A stretch of 59,747 bases of DNA, the filler included, from Sphacelaria rigidula (Eukaryota): NCBI GenBank assembly GCA_964200075.2. It is 8 parts of 8 records of this genome, joined end to end, with 100 filler letters (N's around TTAATTAATTAA, not from the genome) between each part and the next. Parts side by side here need not be neighbours in the genome. Positions count along the whole stretch, not along the records: positions 44,888 to 52,267 come from CAXNAA020015181.1; positions 52,368 to 59,747 come from CAXNAA020015182.1; 6 more parts are not named here. One strand, 5' to 3'. A program made the position numbers and the translations under genes. Of the stretch, positions 48,026 through 59,747 are shown piece after piece (position 1 is the stretch's first letter; every line of letters begins with the position of its first letter). The notes below the pieces were generated by a model. It was not told where the DNA came from. It saw only the letters and a program-made list of their open reading frames with translations, and did no database searches.

Positions 48026-48799
48026 CTGACAGTAGCACAAGTTCGGAGGTTCACAGTTGGGGGCAGGCAGACAGGCGGGAGGGGGGACGTGACCGTTTAC
48101 TTTACCTGCCTATCCACGCGCTCTTCACCATGTGAGGGTGGGAGAGAGTTCCAACGCGCTTCGCGGTTCGTGAGTGTCTCACACTACATGCCATTGGAAA
48201 CCTGGCCCTCGTTGCTACAGGGAAGTAACGTGAAAAAATTCACAAAACGCGACTCCAGTCACATGACAAATTTCACAGGCAACAACCCCAGAGCCGCTGA
48301 CAACCACTACAAAACGGTCCATCGTCCACGCCAGTATCGCCACCATTCTCGAATCTTGTGGGGCGATCTACGATAGTCGCGCGGACCATGAAGGAAATGT
48401 GCACGGCTGCGTGTGTTCTTTCTTGGGTGCGGAGATTGAGGTGATGACGGGCAGGGGTGAGGAAACAGGCGACCTGTACGATGTAAAATCCTCCCAGGGA
48501 TGCGATAATACTCCGGTGACGGGACAACAACCCGGCGTGCCCAGAATACATCCGTTCACGACGAGGGTTCCCCAAGTCATACCGGAAGAGGAACAACATT
48601 CCGAAGCATCGAGTTTCCTCTGGCGAAATTTCTGTTCATTACGAACAGGTTCTCTTGTGACCACGGCTGTATTCTGAGTGCATTAGTCGACGTCAGACAC
48701 GAAGCCAACCAACAAATACGTGTGGACGTGTTTGGACACTGATAAGCACTCGGTACCCCCAGGCTTTCGAAACCCACACACGCTGGCTGGGTACACGAC

Positions 48800-48836
<37 letters not shown>

Positions 48837-48868
48837 GCACGCACGCGCGCACGCACGCACGCACGCAC
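48800..48868. repeat. (CA)n/(CGCA)n compound microsatellite
   Basis: Visible run. Confidence 0.9.
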
Positions 48869-48931
48869 AGCGGAAACGAGATAGAATACAGGGCACTTAG
48901 AGCATCCCTAGAGCACGATTACATAGCTTAC

Positions 48932-49054
48932 CGTCTCCCTCTCGGTCTTTTCTTCTCTCTTTGCCTTTTTTACGGCCTTTTTTTCAGCCTTCTTCTCTTC
49001 TTTCTTGCGCCGTATCTCCGCCTCGGCGGCTTCGTCCACCATTCGGACGCTCAC
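48932..49054 (-). CDS. WBP4/ZOP1-like protein, Lys/Glu-rich exon
   Basis: VSVRMVDEAAEAEIRRKKEEKKAEKK...; gtcag| and |gtaagc; 41 codons. Confidence 0.85.
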
Positions 49055-49567
49055 CTGACCAAGACAAGACTTAGTAAGATGAAAGCTAGTACCAAACGCA
49101 TACGAACACACACATCACAACAATACCATGTGTCCTCGGTACAGCACAAGTCCAAGCATCCCAATATTCACCACTGTCACGGAGTCATGCACTCACAGGA
49201 GCGACATGATACACCCAACTTAAGAGCTGAGGTACCATGTATGGTGCATGCGTCAGCCAGATGATGCGCCTGATTTCGAGCGGCTGATCGGCTTGCGAAC
49301 AACGTCGACCTGTGCTGCCATACCCTGTGGATAATGACCATTAATAATCAGGACAGTGTCCCACTTGTTCATAACGCTCCCAGTCGAGAAGACGCATATG
49401 TGTCAAGAGTGTGTTCTCCCATATACATTGATGGAATATTTGACGTATTGAAAAAAAATGTTGACGCTTGGATCGGTTCAACTTTTGTGTTTCATTCCAC
49501 TACAGCACAAAATCTCCCCCCCCCCCCCCCCCGCCCCCCATCCAGACCAGCATCATTTTTTCCGCAC

Positions 49568-49757
49568 CGTTTGCCATCCTCCCAGGCCGGTATTCTCATC
49601 CTGAGGAGGCGGGGGCGGGGGCGGGGGGAGCACTTCCTCCTCTGGGGGTGGGGGCCACACCCCTCCCTTTCCTGCTGGAAGCCGAAGCTCCCCCGAACTG
49701 GCGCCCTTCACGACTGTCTCCTTCTCCGCTCCGGCCTCGAAGTACGCAATGTCAAAC
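49568..49757 (-). CDS. WBP4/ZOP1-like protein exon
   Basis: RFDIAYFEAG...ELRLP...PPPPPPPQDENTGLGGWQT; phase matches neighbours. Confidence 0.82.
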
Positions 49758-50220
49758 CTGCCTCGCGGGATAAGGGTATAGATTTGGAGCAAAATGAACA
49801 ATAGCAGCAGCAGAAGCACTCCGTGGTCTGTGCTACATCTACAATTAAGAAGTAGGAGTACGTAACGCGCCAAACCTGTTTCACCATGAGCACACCACAG
49901 TCTCGTAAACGCAAGAAAAGAGGTTTTACATACGAGTGCGTCAACATGCTTAATGCGAGTAAACCGTTCGCAACAGCTTCGTGGAGGATGTGGTTCAGAA
50001 CAAATGTAAACACGCACAGGAGATTTCAACACGCTACTCCAAAATGACGTCCAGGGGGGGGAAAGAAAAAGCTTGCAGAAGTTTGAATGAATGAGAGCTC
50101 AGTGTTTGGAATGACCCGCATGTAACCGTGACGCCGGCATATCTCGAGCGAACTGCTTTGACAAACCAAAGTGTGCGGTCTTCTTTGCTTGTGCTGTTTC
50201 AGATTCATGAAATAGAGCAC

Positions 50221-50336
50221 CTGCGAGTCGTGCCGTTTGCAGGCGCACCCTCTCCTACCGACAGAACGACAGCGTCAACCCACTGTCCCTCCGAAGCCGC
50301 GAAGATCTGGCATGCAGAGTTGAGCGACAATTTGTC
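50221..50336 (-). CDS. WBP4/ZOP1-like protein exon (start of Tudor-like domain)
   Basis: DKLSLNSACQIFAASEGQWVDAVVLSV; atcag| and |gtgctc. Confidence 0.78.
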
Positions 50337-50835
50337 CTGATGTGTCTGTTCTTGACCATCAGCGTAGATATCATAGCATGGAGCAGAGATGGTGAAGGCA
50401 GGGAGAAATACAGGCAGACAGGCAGAGCAACGCGTGCACACACAAAAACAGGAGAAACGTCAAAAGTCAGCCAATTAAAGGCATATAGCCCCAGGAAACG
50501 TGAAGGCGCACAACAAGCACACACGGACTCAAGCGAGCGTTGCTCACCACGTATCCATCCAGGGTGCAGTAACTGCGACCCACGCAGACACGCACTCACG
50601 CACGCTCACTACTATCGATACCCGATTAGACACCTGGGCAAAACAATTGCAATGCTTGTCGGAGTGACAGCAACTCAAAGCTCCACATGCCTGACTACCC
50701 CGACTCCCCCCTCTATCTCACCACCTAAATCTCCGTTAAACTGAATCTTACCCGTCCATCCAGAAACCACTGCCCTCTGTCCTGAATCACCCCACCAGCC
50801 CCTACCCCGGTACCCACCCCGCCTTCCCTTTTCAC

Positions 50836-51120
50836 CGAGAACCCCGGCGGCCCCCCTTGCGGCGGCGGGGGCGGCGGCGGCGTTTCGTCGTCTGGGAATC
50901 CGTTAGTGCACGGCGGTCCTCCCGGCGGGGGTGGGGGTGGTGGACGCTCCCCCGAATCGGAGTTGGACGAGGCGGCTGCGGAAGGTGGCCGACCAGGTGG
51001 TGGCGGCGGTGGTGGAACATCGTCGAGCGATCGTGGAGGTGGAGGGGGGGGTGGCGGGGTGGCAGTTGATGAGGAGCCACCGAACAGGTCGTTGTCCTTC
51101 TCCGCTGCTCGGAGTGCTGC
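50836..51120 (-). CDS. WBP4/ZOP1-like protein, polyproline exon
   Basis: AALRAAEKDNDLFGG followed by four P7-8 runs; cttag| and |gtgaaa; 95 codons. Confidence 0.8.
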
Positions 51121-51612
51121 CTAAGTCGGAGCGGAGTTTTGCAATGGAGGTTGCGAGGGAGGGAGGGAGGGAGGGAGGGAGAGGTAGGAAAGAGACGATT
51201 GAACGTGCATGTGCGTGTCCTTGTAATGCAGTTAGGGGGGAATGTAACGTGTACTCATCGACTGTGTGCGCGTGTTGGAGACATGGAACGAGAGGACGAC
51301 CGGCTGCCAGCAAACGTAAATGAATATGCGAAGTGATCTCTCAAAACCCGACGGTAAATATTCTTGGCTAACGACCGGTCGATTGGGTGCGGTGACTGAA
51401 GACGTGCCTGCGCGGTACTCGGTACGCGACATGCCGAAGAAGGCGCTACGCACAGCCATCACAGTTCGGCACCCGTGCTATCATGGGAGCCTGGGGCAGC
51501 AGTATGTGTAGTGACATGGACAGGGGGAAAAGCGTTAGCAATGCTATAGAGTAAGGCGCAGTAGTTCGTGCCGGGAGGCAAAATGGGTGACGTAATGCTG
51601 CGGGGCAGGCAC

Positions 51613-51747
51613 CTTCTCGATGTTGTCCATTTGGCGCTGGAGATCAGTCTCGCTCCGCGCCCCCTTGAGCTTATCCTCCCGCTTCTTGCGGAAAAACTCG
51701 GCGACAATTTCCACATGCTTTTTGCCTTGATCATGGTTACGGATACT
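51613..51747 (-). CDS. WBP4/ZOP1-like protein, second half of the U1-C/matrin zinc finger and coiled coil (gene 5'-partial)
   Basis: SIRNHDQGKKHVEIVAEFFRKKREDK...MDNIEK (HxxGxxH finger end followed by IEKAA). Confidence 0.85.
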
Positions 51748-52267
51748 CTTCGACGAGGGAGAGACAAGAGGGAAACAAAGCAAACACCGGGTTGGCATAT
51801 GAGTCCTACGCTTGAGCCCGAACTTCAAAATAGGCGTGTCGGGTGTGAGAGGGGTACCATAGTAGTCACATGTGCAGCATTTGTAACTTTGTTGCCTCAG
51901 GATGCAGGCGACAAGCCGCGCTGTTGCCCATCTTGGTGTATTCGACAAGGTTTCTCTACTTCCTCTTGCATGTGTACTCTAGGTGGCTTGGCAGTGAAAG
52001 TGTGAGCCATGTGCAGCTCGTGCGTTTGCATGGGTCTCTTTCCCCACCGACTGTGTCCTTGTGACAGGCGGTATCAAGGCACGGTACCAATATCGTCGAC
52101 AAATTGCAATAGCACCCATAACCACCCACAATATGGATAATATGTACAGTCTGTAGCGCACTCTAAAATGTACTTTACTTCCTGCTGCAGTATCGTGCCA
52201 TACCAGAGTAAGGATTACAACGGTCGGACAAATAATGATTCGTCTGGAAATTACTTGGTTTTAGTAT

Positions 52268-52367
52268 NNNNNNNNNNNNNNNNNNNNNNNNNNNNNNNNN
52301 NNNNNNNNNNNTTAATTAATTAANNNNNNNNNNNNNNNNNNNNNNNNNNNNNNNNNNNNNNNNNNNN
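52268..52367. other. Artificial contig linker
   Basis: N44-TTAATTAATTAA-N44. Confidence 0.98.
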
Positions 52368-52660
52368 GGGGGGGGCGTACTCATTTGTTGCTTGCCTTAG
52401 TCGTTTGACCATTGACCACGCATCCCTTTCGAGACGGAGCCCATACCTGAGATATTCTCACCTGCCCGCTCTCCTGTGCATGTATACGTACCTCGTTCCC
52501 TCATCTTCAGCACGCCTTTTCTCCCATAGGGGGGGAGGGGGGGTGGAGAAAAGGGAAGTGACGGGGGGGGGTGCACTCATGATGTTGCATGCTATATTCA
52601 TAAGGTTGTTGGCCTCGCATCCCTACGAAACCGGGACGGAGCACGCCGGGTTTTCGCCAA
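52368..52660. repeat. Two family-G repeats (subfamily 2 at 52368-52440; subfamily 1 at 52563-52660)
   Basis: GGGGGCGTACTCATTTGTTGCTTGCC...GACCATTGACCACGCATCCC and GGGGTGCACTCATGATG...CTCGCATCCCTACGAAACCGGGACGGAGCACGCCGGG. Confidence 0.8.
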
Positions 52661-53726
52661 CCAGGCTGACGGGAGGGGGGAGGGGAAGAAAATGAAACAT
52701 AAACATGATGGATTGTTGCAAAAGCTACTGTCGCCAAGACATGGAGTCCTGTGCGTGTGTTACTTATTTTTGCGAGATGCTACTGCTCCAAAACATATCC
52801 TCGTTGCCTTGCCAGCGTGATAACTACTGATGGACTAGGCATATAAAAACATGGGTTGGTATGGGAGAAAAGGCGTGCTGAAGATGAGGGAACGAGGTAC
52901 GTATACATGCACAGGAGAGCGGGCAGGTGAGAATATCTCAGGTATGGTCCATCTCTCAATCAAGCGCAAAATACGAAACCGATCAGTGAGTCTCGGGCAA
53001 AAAATGGAATGTAAGGCCGAGAAATGCAATCTTTCTACCCGGAAAGCAAATAAACGAATAAATACGGAACGGTAGGGTATATTTACCTCGCACAATGCAA
53101 CGGGTACGACCTGGCTCCGGGTTGTGTGCCATATGTGCTCCACACCCGCCTTTCAAGCGACGGAACCGAAAAACCACAACTCCCTGAAAAAAAACCCAGA
53201 AAAAGCTCCGCCAGTATGAAACCTATGCCGTTGCTGAAGCGGAGTGGCGAATTCGGCCTGGTGTTTTTATTGGCCTGTTTTTATTTTCGTTCTTGTTGCC
53301 GTTCGAGTTCTTCACGAGGGATCGTTTATGTCACCCAAAGTGTTCAGCACGCGTTTTCGTGTATCCGTCTTGGACACGAAATTCCACCAATGGGGGACGG
53401 ATTTCTTATGGGGGATGGACAAGGTCAAACATTGAACCGAGAAATGCAAACACTATTTCCGGGTATCCCTCCGGACCGCTATGTTTTGAAAGCGGATTGG
53501 TAGTTGCACGTTGGATTGATATCTATCCAAACATCGACCATAATCTCATTTTATTTTGTTTTTCATGTACATGCGTGATTTCAGAACCTTCAGTAGTTTA
53601 CCTGGGCCCCACAACGTCTCGAGCAGATCCGCGGTCGAGTTACGATTAAAAAAACTGAATAAAAAAAAAAGCTGTGTTTATCATTCAAACCAATTGTTAC
53701 ACGGATGCAATGGACGTTTTGCATTT

Positions 53727-54166
53727 GACAGCCGATCATCGAAATCGAGGATGGAGCTTTATATTGAGGATGACAACCCGGAGGATTCAAATCTGCGTAT
53801 CCGCACAAAATCTTCGAAATATGGTACCATTTCTTCACCCACTGGTAGCCATTGACAACTGTTACACACTTCACAAATTTGGATTTCGAAAACCGAAATG
53901 TTGGGGTCCGAGGTGAAGAAGCGGTTTTTGGAGAGCTAGGTGATCCGATCGGATCGCAGAAACTCCCTGAAATTGGTTTTTCACCTAGGATATTTCCGCT
54001 ATATCGAAATCCAAATTTGTGTGACATGTAGTACTTGTCAATAGCTACCAGTAGGTGAAGGAATGGAACCATATTTCGAAGGCTTAGTGTGGATACGAAG
54101 ATTTTAATCGTCCGGGCATTTATTCTCAATGAAAAGCTCCATCCTCAATTTCGATTATCGTCTGTT
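53727..54166. mobile_element. Fold-back MITE family A, copy 3, TSD ATTT
   Basis: Palindromic about GATCCGATCGGATC; ATTT at 53723-53726 and 54167-54170. Confidence 0.9.
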
Positions 54167-54929
54167 ATTTGTGCGATCCGCCCGGATCGCAAAAATACGA
54201 ACGACGTCCCCCCACGGACATTTTTCGTTGACTACCTCGACGTCGTCTCAGGCTCTCCATATCGTACAGTCAACACCCACCATGGTGGTTGCGTCCGCGG
54301 CCCAGCATTGGCTCGCGTCGCTGCCCCCACCGCCGCCGCCACTGAACGCCCTCCGAAACCTCTATCCGACAAGTGAAGAAACAATGTTTCCAAGGGCTTG
54401 TTTTTGCACTTCCCGGTCCGACTGTTAACCTCGTCCACCCCCCCCCCAAAAAAAAACATTCCATCCCCAATTATTAGTAAAACCCCGTGTTCTTGAGGCG
54501 TCCGTTCATATATCTGGGGTCGGTCGATCCTGTTACCAAGGCCGGATCACTCGTTGGATAGTTCATAGCGGGTCAGATTATGTGATGATCGAGATAACCA
54601 TGTTATAGTCAACATGGACAGTCGACTAATGTCGACCGACTGCGGGAGTGCTGACCCAGGGTGCGATGAAACAATGCAAGGAAAAGTACATGCCGGAAAG
54701 GAGACGTGATTTTATGGGCATGATCCCGAGAAGAGGAATGAGTGAAACGAAAGACAAGAAGTAAACGAGAGATCCACCACTTTGGGTACGTATACGGTGT
54801 GGCCAAAGCCCGATTTGCAACGAAGAGAATTAGTGGATCCATAAATCAATCCATCAATCATCCGTATAGGTATGAGAGACATGCATTGTTCGACAAAACC
54901 CACGAATCCATACATCCTGCGATCTTCAC

Positions 54930-55792
54930 CTTGGCCCGGTCTGGGCTGGCAAAAAGCTGGGCCCGCAGGTTCTCGAGACCATCCGCCTCCTGCTCCTCGA
55001 ACGCTCGCGGCTTTTCACGCAGTAAGGGGCAAGCAATGATAACCATAAGGGCACGCAGCACAGTATAAAAACAACAGCGAATGACGACACAGGCAAATAG
55101 TGATAGTGGAACCATGAAAACTTCCGGTATCTATCGGATCATAGCTAACGTATCTAAGTATTCGAATGACAACATTGCGGAAGGAGTGAAGAAGAGAAAA
55201 GGGGCAGGCGATGTGATACTCCATCCCTGAGGATCAAGATAGCTTGACACCAAACCTCTGAAACAATACAAAAAGTAGCACGACCATCATGAACACGCGA
55301 TAGGTAACGTTTTCGTGAGATTGAGAGTAGAACGCTGATTGAGAGTGGCTTTGGCCATTCGCTTTAACTTGGCCATTTTTCCATTCGGTGTGCGCTCTTC
55401 TTTCCCTTTATTACCAGCGTGTGCTTGTAGCTACACGCCGATACCCTACTCAGGTATATCAAGGGCCTCAGTGGCAAGCTACTACAGAAAGAATATGGGG
55501 CCTTGTGAACGGACATCTTGGAGTTGAAAAGATTCATTCACTAGTTGCCCGCTTTTTACTCTCAACCGCACCCTCTACTCTCAATATCACAAAAACATTG
55601 TTGATCCTGATGATACTCCACCCATTCATACCATCACAGCTACCGTTGCCAATAAGGGAATGGTTATCCGGAAATCGTAGCATGGGCTCCTTGTTGAACA
55701 AGGAGAGGAGAGATGACAAGCTCAATCGCATAGGTGATTAACGCACTGCATGCAGACTTGAGGGTAGCTCCCACGTCACCCTTGGTATCTAC
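54930..55792 (-). CDS. Candidate three small exons of an unknown protein (55792-55747, 55226-55150, 54989-54930)
   Basis: Phase-consistent GT-AG joins give VDTKGDVGATLKSACRMEYHIACPFSLLHSFRNVVIRILRYEADGLENLRAQLFASPDRAK. No recognised motif. Confidence 0.3.
55306..55600. repeat. MITE-like inverted-repeat element
   Basis: GTTTTCGTGAGATTGAGAGTAGA...TTGAGAGT versus ACTCTCAA...TCTACTCTCAATATCACAAAAAC; the same motif occurs at 44905-44945. Confidence 0.55.
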
Positions 55793-58700
55793 CTGCAACA
55801 CAAACATAGACAAATTCACTGGTGCACAAATCAACACTCTGAGTACCCGTACTGATGATGGTGAAGATGGTGTGTGAATTCTATTCTGCACCATCTTGGT
55901 TGTAGTGACCGTGGCATTCTTGGAGAAATTTCGCACATACATCGTTTTCAGAATATGACGTGCCACAACGCGTAATACTAGAGCACATCATGTTCCTGCA
56001 AAATCGCTCAGCATCTACCCGCCATTCGATGTAAACGGCAATTTCTCCGAGAGTACACCCATCAGAGAGGGATGTGGGCCTTGCGACTAACAAATCTTGA
56101 AACCGACACGCCTTCAGAACCATTCCTGGCAGCAGCGAAATAGGAAAGCGATCGACAACTTTCGAGGTGGTGCTTCCGTAGCGCGGACAATGTGTGCACC
56201 GTTCGTTGGTATTGGTCGTCAGCTTGCCTGAATTTCGTCGATAGTTGAGATGCTCTCCAGTGTCAGAGCGACGGGGGCATTTCCGCTGGAAAGTCTGGAC
56301 AACGAAGGTGCGTGCCGGATAAAATTCCGCAAAGATATCCCGCGGAACAGAAACAACGTTTACGGCAGATATCGGCTGCACATGTAGTAGGCGTTCCGAA
56401 GTACGCGTAGCATGTGCAATAGGTCGTGTTTCGTTCGCATATTGGCGTTGTGTTCCAGTTTGGCGTGTCCGGCACCCGGTCTCTCACAACTTCGAGCTAC
56501 CTAGCAACTAACTGTCATTTTGCCACCCAGTAGCAGCGGTTAATAACAAAGCTATCAGCCAACCACTAGGAGACATCTCGCTTACAAACAAGTCAAGAGC
56601 ACTTCTCTGCACGCTAAAGTGAGTCTTCGTTTTGCATGATGCAGTGCTGTTTGAACCGAATTCCCTGATGAGCCTCCGGTGCAACCCAACTGCTTGCCTG
56701 CAGTATCGATTGCGCTGACCGCTGGTGTTTCACCTGTTAATCGTGTGATTTCACTCATGGTAAATGTAAGATCCAGGATACTATCACGAGACTATCGGAG
56801 GAAAATGTGGTGGATTAACCGATGGGAAACGGTACTGGTGATTTCCAGAAATGGTACTGAGAATGACGGTTCGGATCGATTCTCGGAATGTTTTGGAAAG
56901 TGTTGGTTGTCCTCACTTTTGTTCTCGAATGATCCGGAAACGACGGGGAGTTATATTGTGATATACGGTATGTGTCTGCGGGATGAAACAGGAAATATTT
57001 CCCATAGCTCGAGAAGGATTCTCGACAGAGATGCCCCTGCGCATCTCTCGCCCCACTGTGTTCAGTGTTGTTTGTGTGCGTGTGCCTTCCTACCCATGGG
57101 CGGTCTGATTTGAATGAGACAATAAAAGACAACTATACACATCTACTTCTTTTACTTCATCTGCGACAGCGGACGCTGTGCGAGATTGCCTTCTACGTTA
57201 TTGGTTGAGCAGTGAGTGCTCAAGCCATATAGCTCTAGACTCTACCGAACATCACCACCCCAAGCCTATGTCGCACGAGCGTGGTACACCCATCCTGAGA
57301 CTCGACCACCACATTGTGCCCAACCGAGAGGATGAGCAGTACTGCGTAGTCGCATCGCTGTAGGGCTGCACTGTTCCGCGTTTCGTCTGCAAACTGTGCA
57401 ACGCAACGCTCAGGCTTTCTGTTCGAATTGAGGTCGCAGGGCAACCGATCGAACGGTTGTTTTTTTGTCCGCACCAAATTCCTGCACGCCGGCTGGCTTC
57501 TCGAAGAAATGATCGGCTGAACGAATCGGAGCTGTAACACTCAGCTGTATCGTATGCTCGATACTTCCCGCGCCAACGCGGCACCATGGGGATGTTCCAC
57601 TGTTCACCCTTTTACACAGCCCTGTTCGTGCACGGCTTGGTACCCCACAGACACCTTTGCTAAAATAGAACACTGCAGACAGCATGTATGTGTCCGTAAA
57701 TTGGACATTTTCGGGGAACCGAATGGGTGCAATTCGATAATTAATTATCTCGCCGTGACAGACGAGCCACAGTATCCTCCGTAAATCAAATGAAAGCCAT
57801 AAACGAGAGTTTTCGAATGAGCACAGCTTTGTCGTCAGCAAAGAAGATGGGCACGAGTTACGTTGCAAACCGTACTATGCAAAATGAGGAAGAAATTACA
57901 ACAGAGTGATGATGTAGGTGACAACCGAAAAAAAACGTTTTCTTTTTCACGTTTTTGGAATCCCCGAGAAAAACGGGTTCTAAAACCTTTCGGGCCGAAG
58001 CGTTTGTGCCTGTCATCGCCACGTTTTCAAGTTAAAAAAATAAATACACTTTGAAGTCCCAAACGTACTCTATTTATATATTTCGTGTGATGTCCGTCTC
58101 TGCAAGTAGCTGTAGGCTGGTAGGTGAAGACTAGAAGTGTTTGCCGGGTGTTGCGGGGTCTGAAAACAAATTTGTGAGCAAATAATAGCAAAGAAAAAAA
58201 ATAGGCTACCGCCAGAAACAAAACGGGGGGATAGACCCAGGACACGGCTTCGAACCCCGGCTTGGTGCAACAATTTCTCTTCTTTTGTTTTTCCCTGCCC
58301 CAGCTACCCTTTTGCGCGTGGCCGCGGGCGTTCGCTTCATGCATTTTGTTTTTTTCCTTCGCCTCAGATCGAAATTCATGGAGGGACAACCAAAGTCGGG
58401 TCCTTGAAAAATTCCATTTTGCACGAGATATAACAGGAAAAACAAGTGAACTCTGGAAACGTTTCTGTCCATACACCGTATTACAGGACACATGCTCCCA
58501 TCCTCTGTAAAGAAGTTACAGCGGGCGCGTTGTGTGCAACGTGTTTTGTAGTCTGGAGGTAAGTGCTGTTGATCCACTTTCGACTCTAGAGAGCGGAGTA
58601 TCCCGAGACGGAAACCCGCGTTCATGTGTGCGCAGAGTACACATAGCCAGCAGTTGGGTGTAGAGTCCACCTGGAGGTATGTATATAGGTTGTTGACTAC

Positions 58701-59747
58701 TTGTGAAAAGTCAGGTATTGCGAGACCGTACTCCGCGTTTAATGTTCAGGGTTTAGATGTGTCCTCTACGTCGCACTCCCGTTTGCTCAGGCGTCCCTGC
58801 CTAAACATGTTAGCCAGCGCACGCGGTGTTTGCACTGTATTATGTGCGGTGGCAGCGTGTTTATATTGCGCTGCCTGCAAATTCATACCGACGAACACTG
58901 AGCACATGCACAGGACTGCTCGAGAAATGTTTCGGGTCATTCTTTGCGTGTCCAACTGCCATGGCTGCCGACAACCGAGCATATATGCCGGGGTCAACTT
59001 GGGGGGCGAAAATGTTCTACACCCCGCAACGACGGAAGCCCTAGTATGATTTGATTGATGTGTGGCACTATGAAAAATCATCGGCGTGGGTCAAGTCATT
59101 TTGGATTCCCCTCCGCTACTCGTCACAACATGTCGCCACAACACGTGCAGCTTCCCATCAGCCTACATTTTGACAAATCACATCTACTCGACAAGCGGTA
59201 TCTTCACTTCACTTCATGGGTCAAACTATCGTCACTTCACTTCACGGGGCGAACAAGTGTTTGCCACGGCACTCCGCGGGCATCGTGGCTTCTTCACATC
59301 GGCAAACTTCGGGCAACTAGTGCGATTGCTCGGCAGCAGTAGATATACCGATTGTATAAGATACTATATGCCGGGCTCACGCGTTGACCATCTTGTTTCG
59401 TGCACCCTTCAACTACTGTAGCGTTTCGCTGCGTTTGATTTCTCCTTTCACAGTGATCTCTATATATATATATATATATTCATTATTTAGGTCTTTATTC
59501 GTGTGAGGTTTAGAGATGCTTTTAGTCATTCCATTTGTTTTGCACAACGACCCTTATTTATTTTTTGATTTGGATATCTAGTTTGTCACGCCATGTTGTG
59601 CTTTCCCGTTTCTCATCTCCCCCGCTGCTCTTGCTTGCGGTTCATCATCATTGCTATTTTTTGCTTTTACGCTATGTGACGCTAGCAGGTCTGCTAGTAC
59701 TGCAGCGTCTAAATGCTGTTGAGGGACTCCCCAGCTCTTCTGGCCTC

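Overview
This is eukaryotic genomic DNA, most likely from a brown alga (Phaeophyceae). The taxon is inferred from ~50% GC, long GT-AG introns, stramenopile-like proteins and repeat content. The window is not one locus. It holds eight unrelated, size-sorted contigs (7382, 5 x 7381, 2 x 7380 bp) joined by seven identical 100-bp linkers (N44-TTAATTAATTAA-N44). Contig 1: decayed Ty3/Gypsy fragments, a 155-bp solo LTR with a 5-bp TSD, MITEs and tRNA-derived SINEs. Contig 2: mostly MITEs and short repeats. Contig 3: the last four exons of an ABCA transporter. Contig 4: a decayed Ty3/Gypsy pol with PPT and 3' LTR. Contig 5: a spliced, multi-exon DDD-type transposase-like gene (DNCxxENKN...VGHTH; DUF7869/Sola-like) with a divergent spliced Cys/His finger ORF. 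Contig 6: the last three exons of EB1. Contig 7: six exons of a U1-type zinc-finger WBP4/ZOP1-like protein with a Tudor-like domain and no WW domains. Contig 8: repeats and a weak gene candidate. The best lead is the intron-rich transposase-like gene, together with two MITE families that have 4-bp TSDs (a Sola-type signature). All homology calls come from motif recognition, not database searches.
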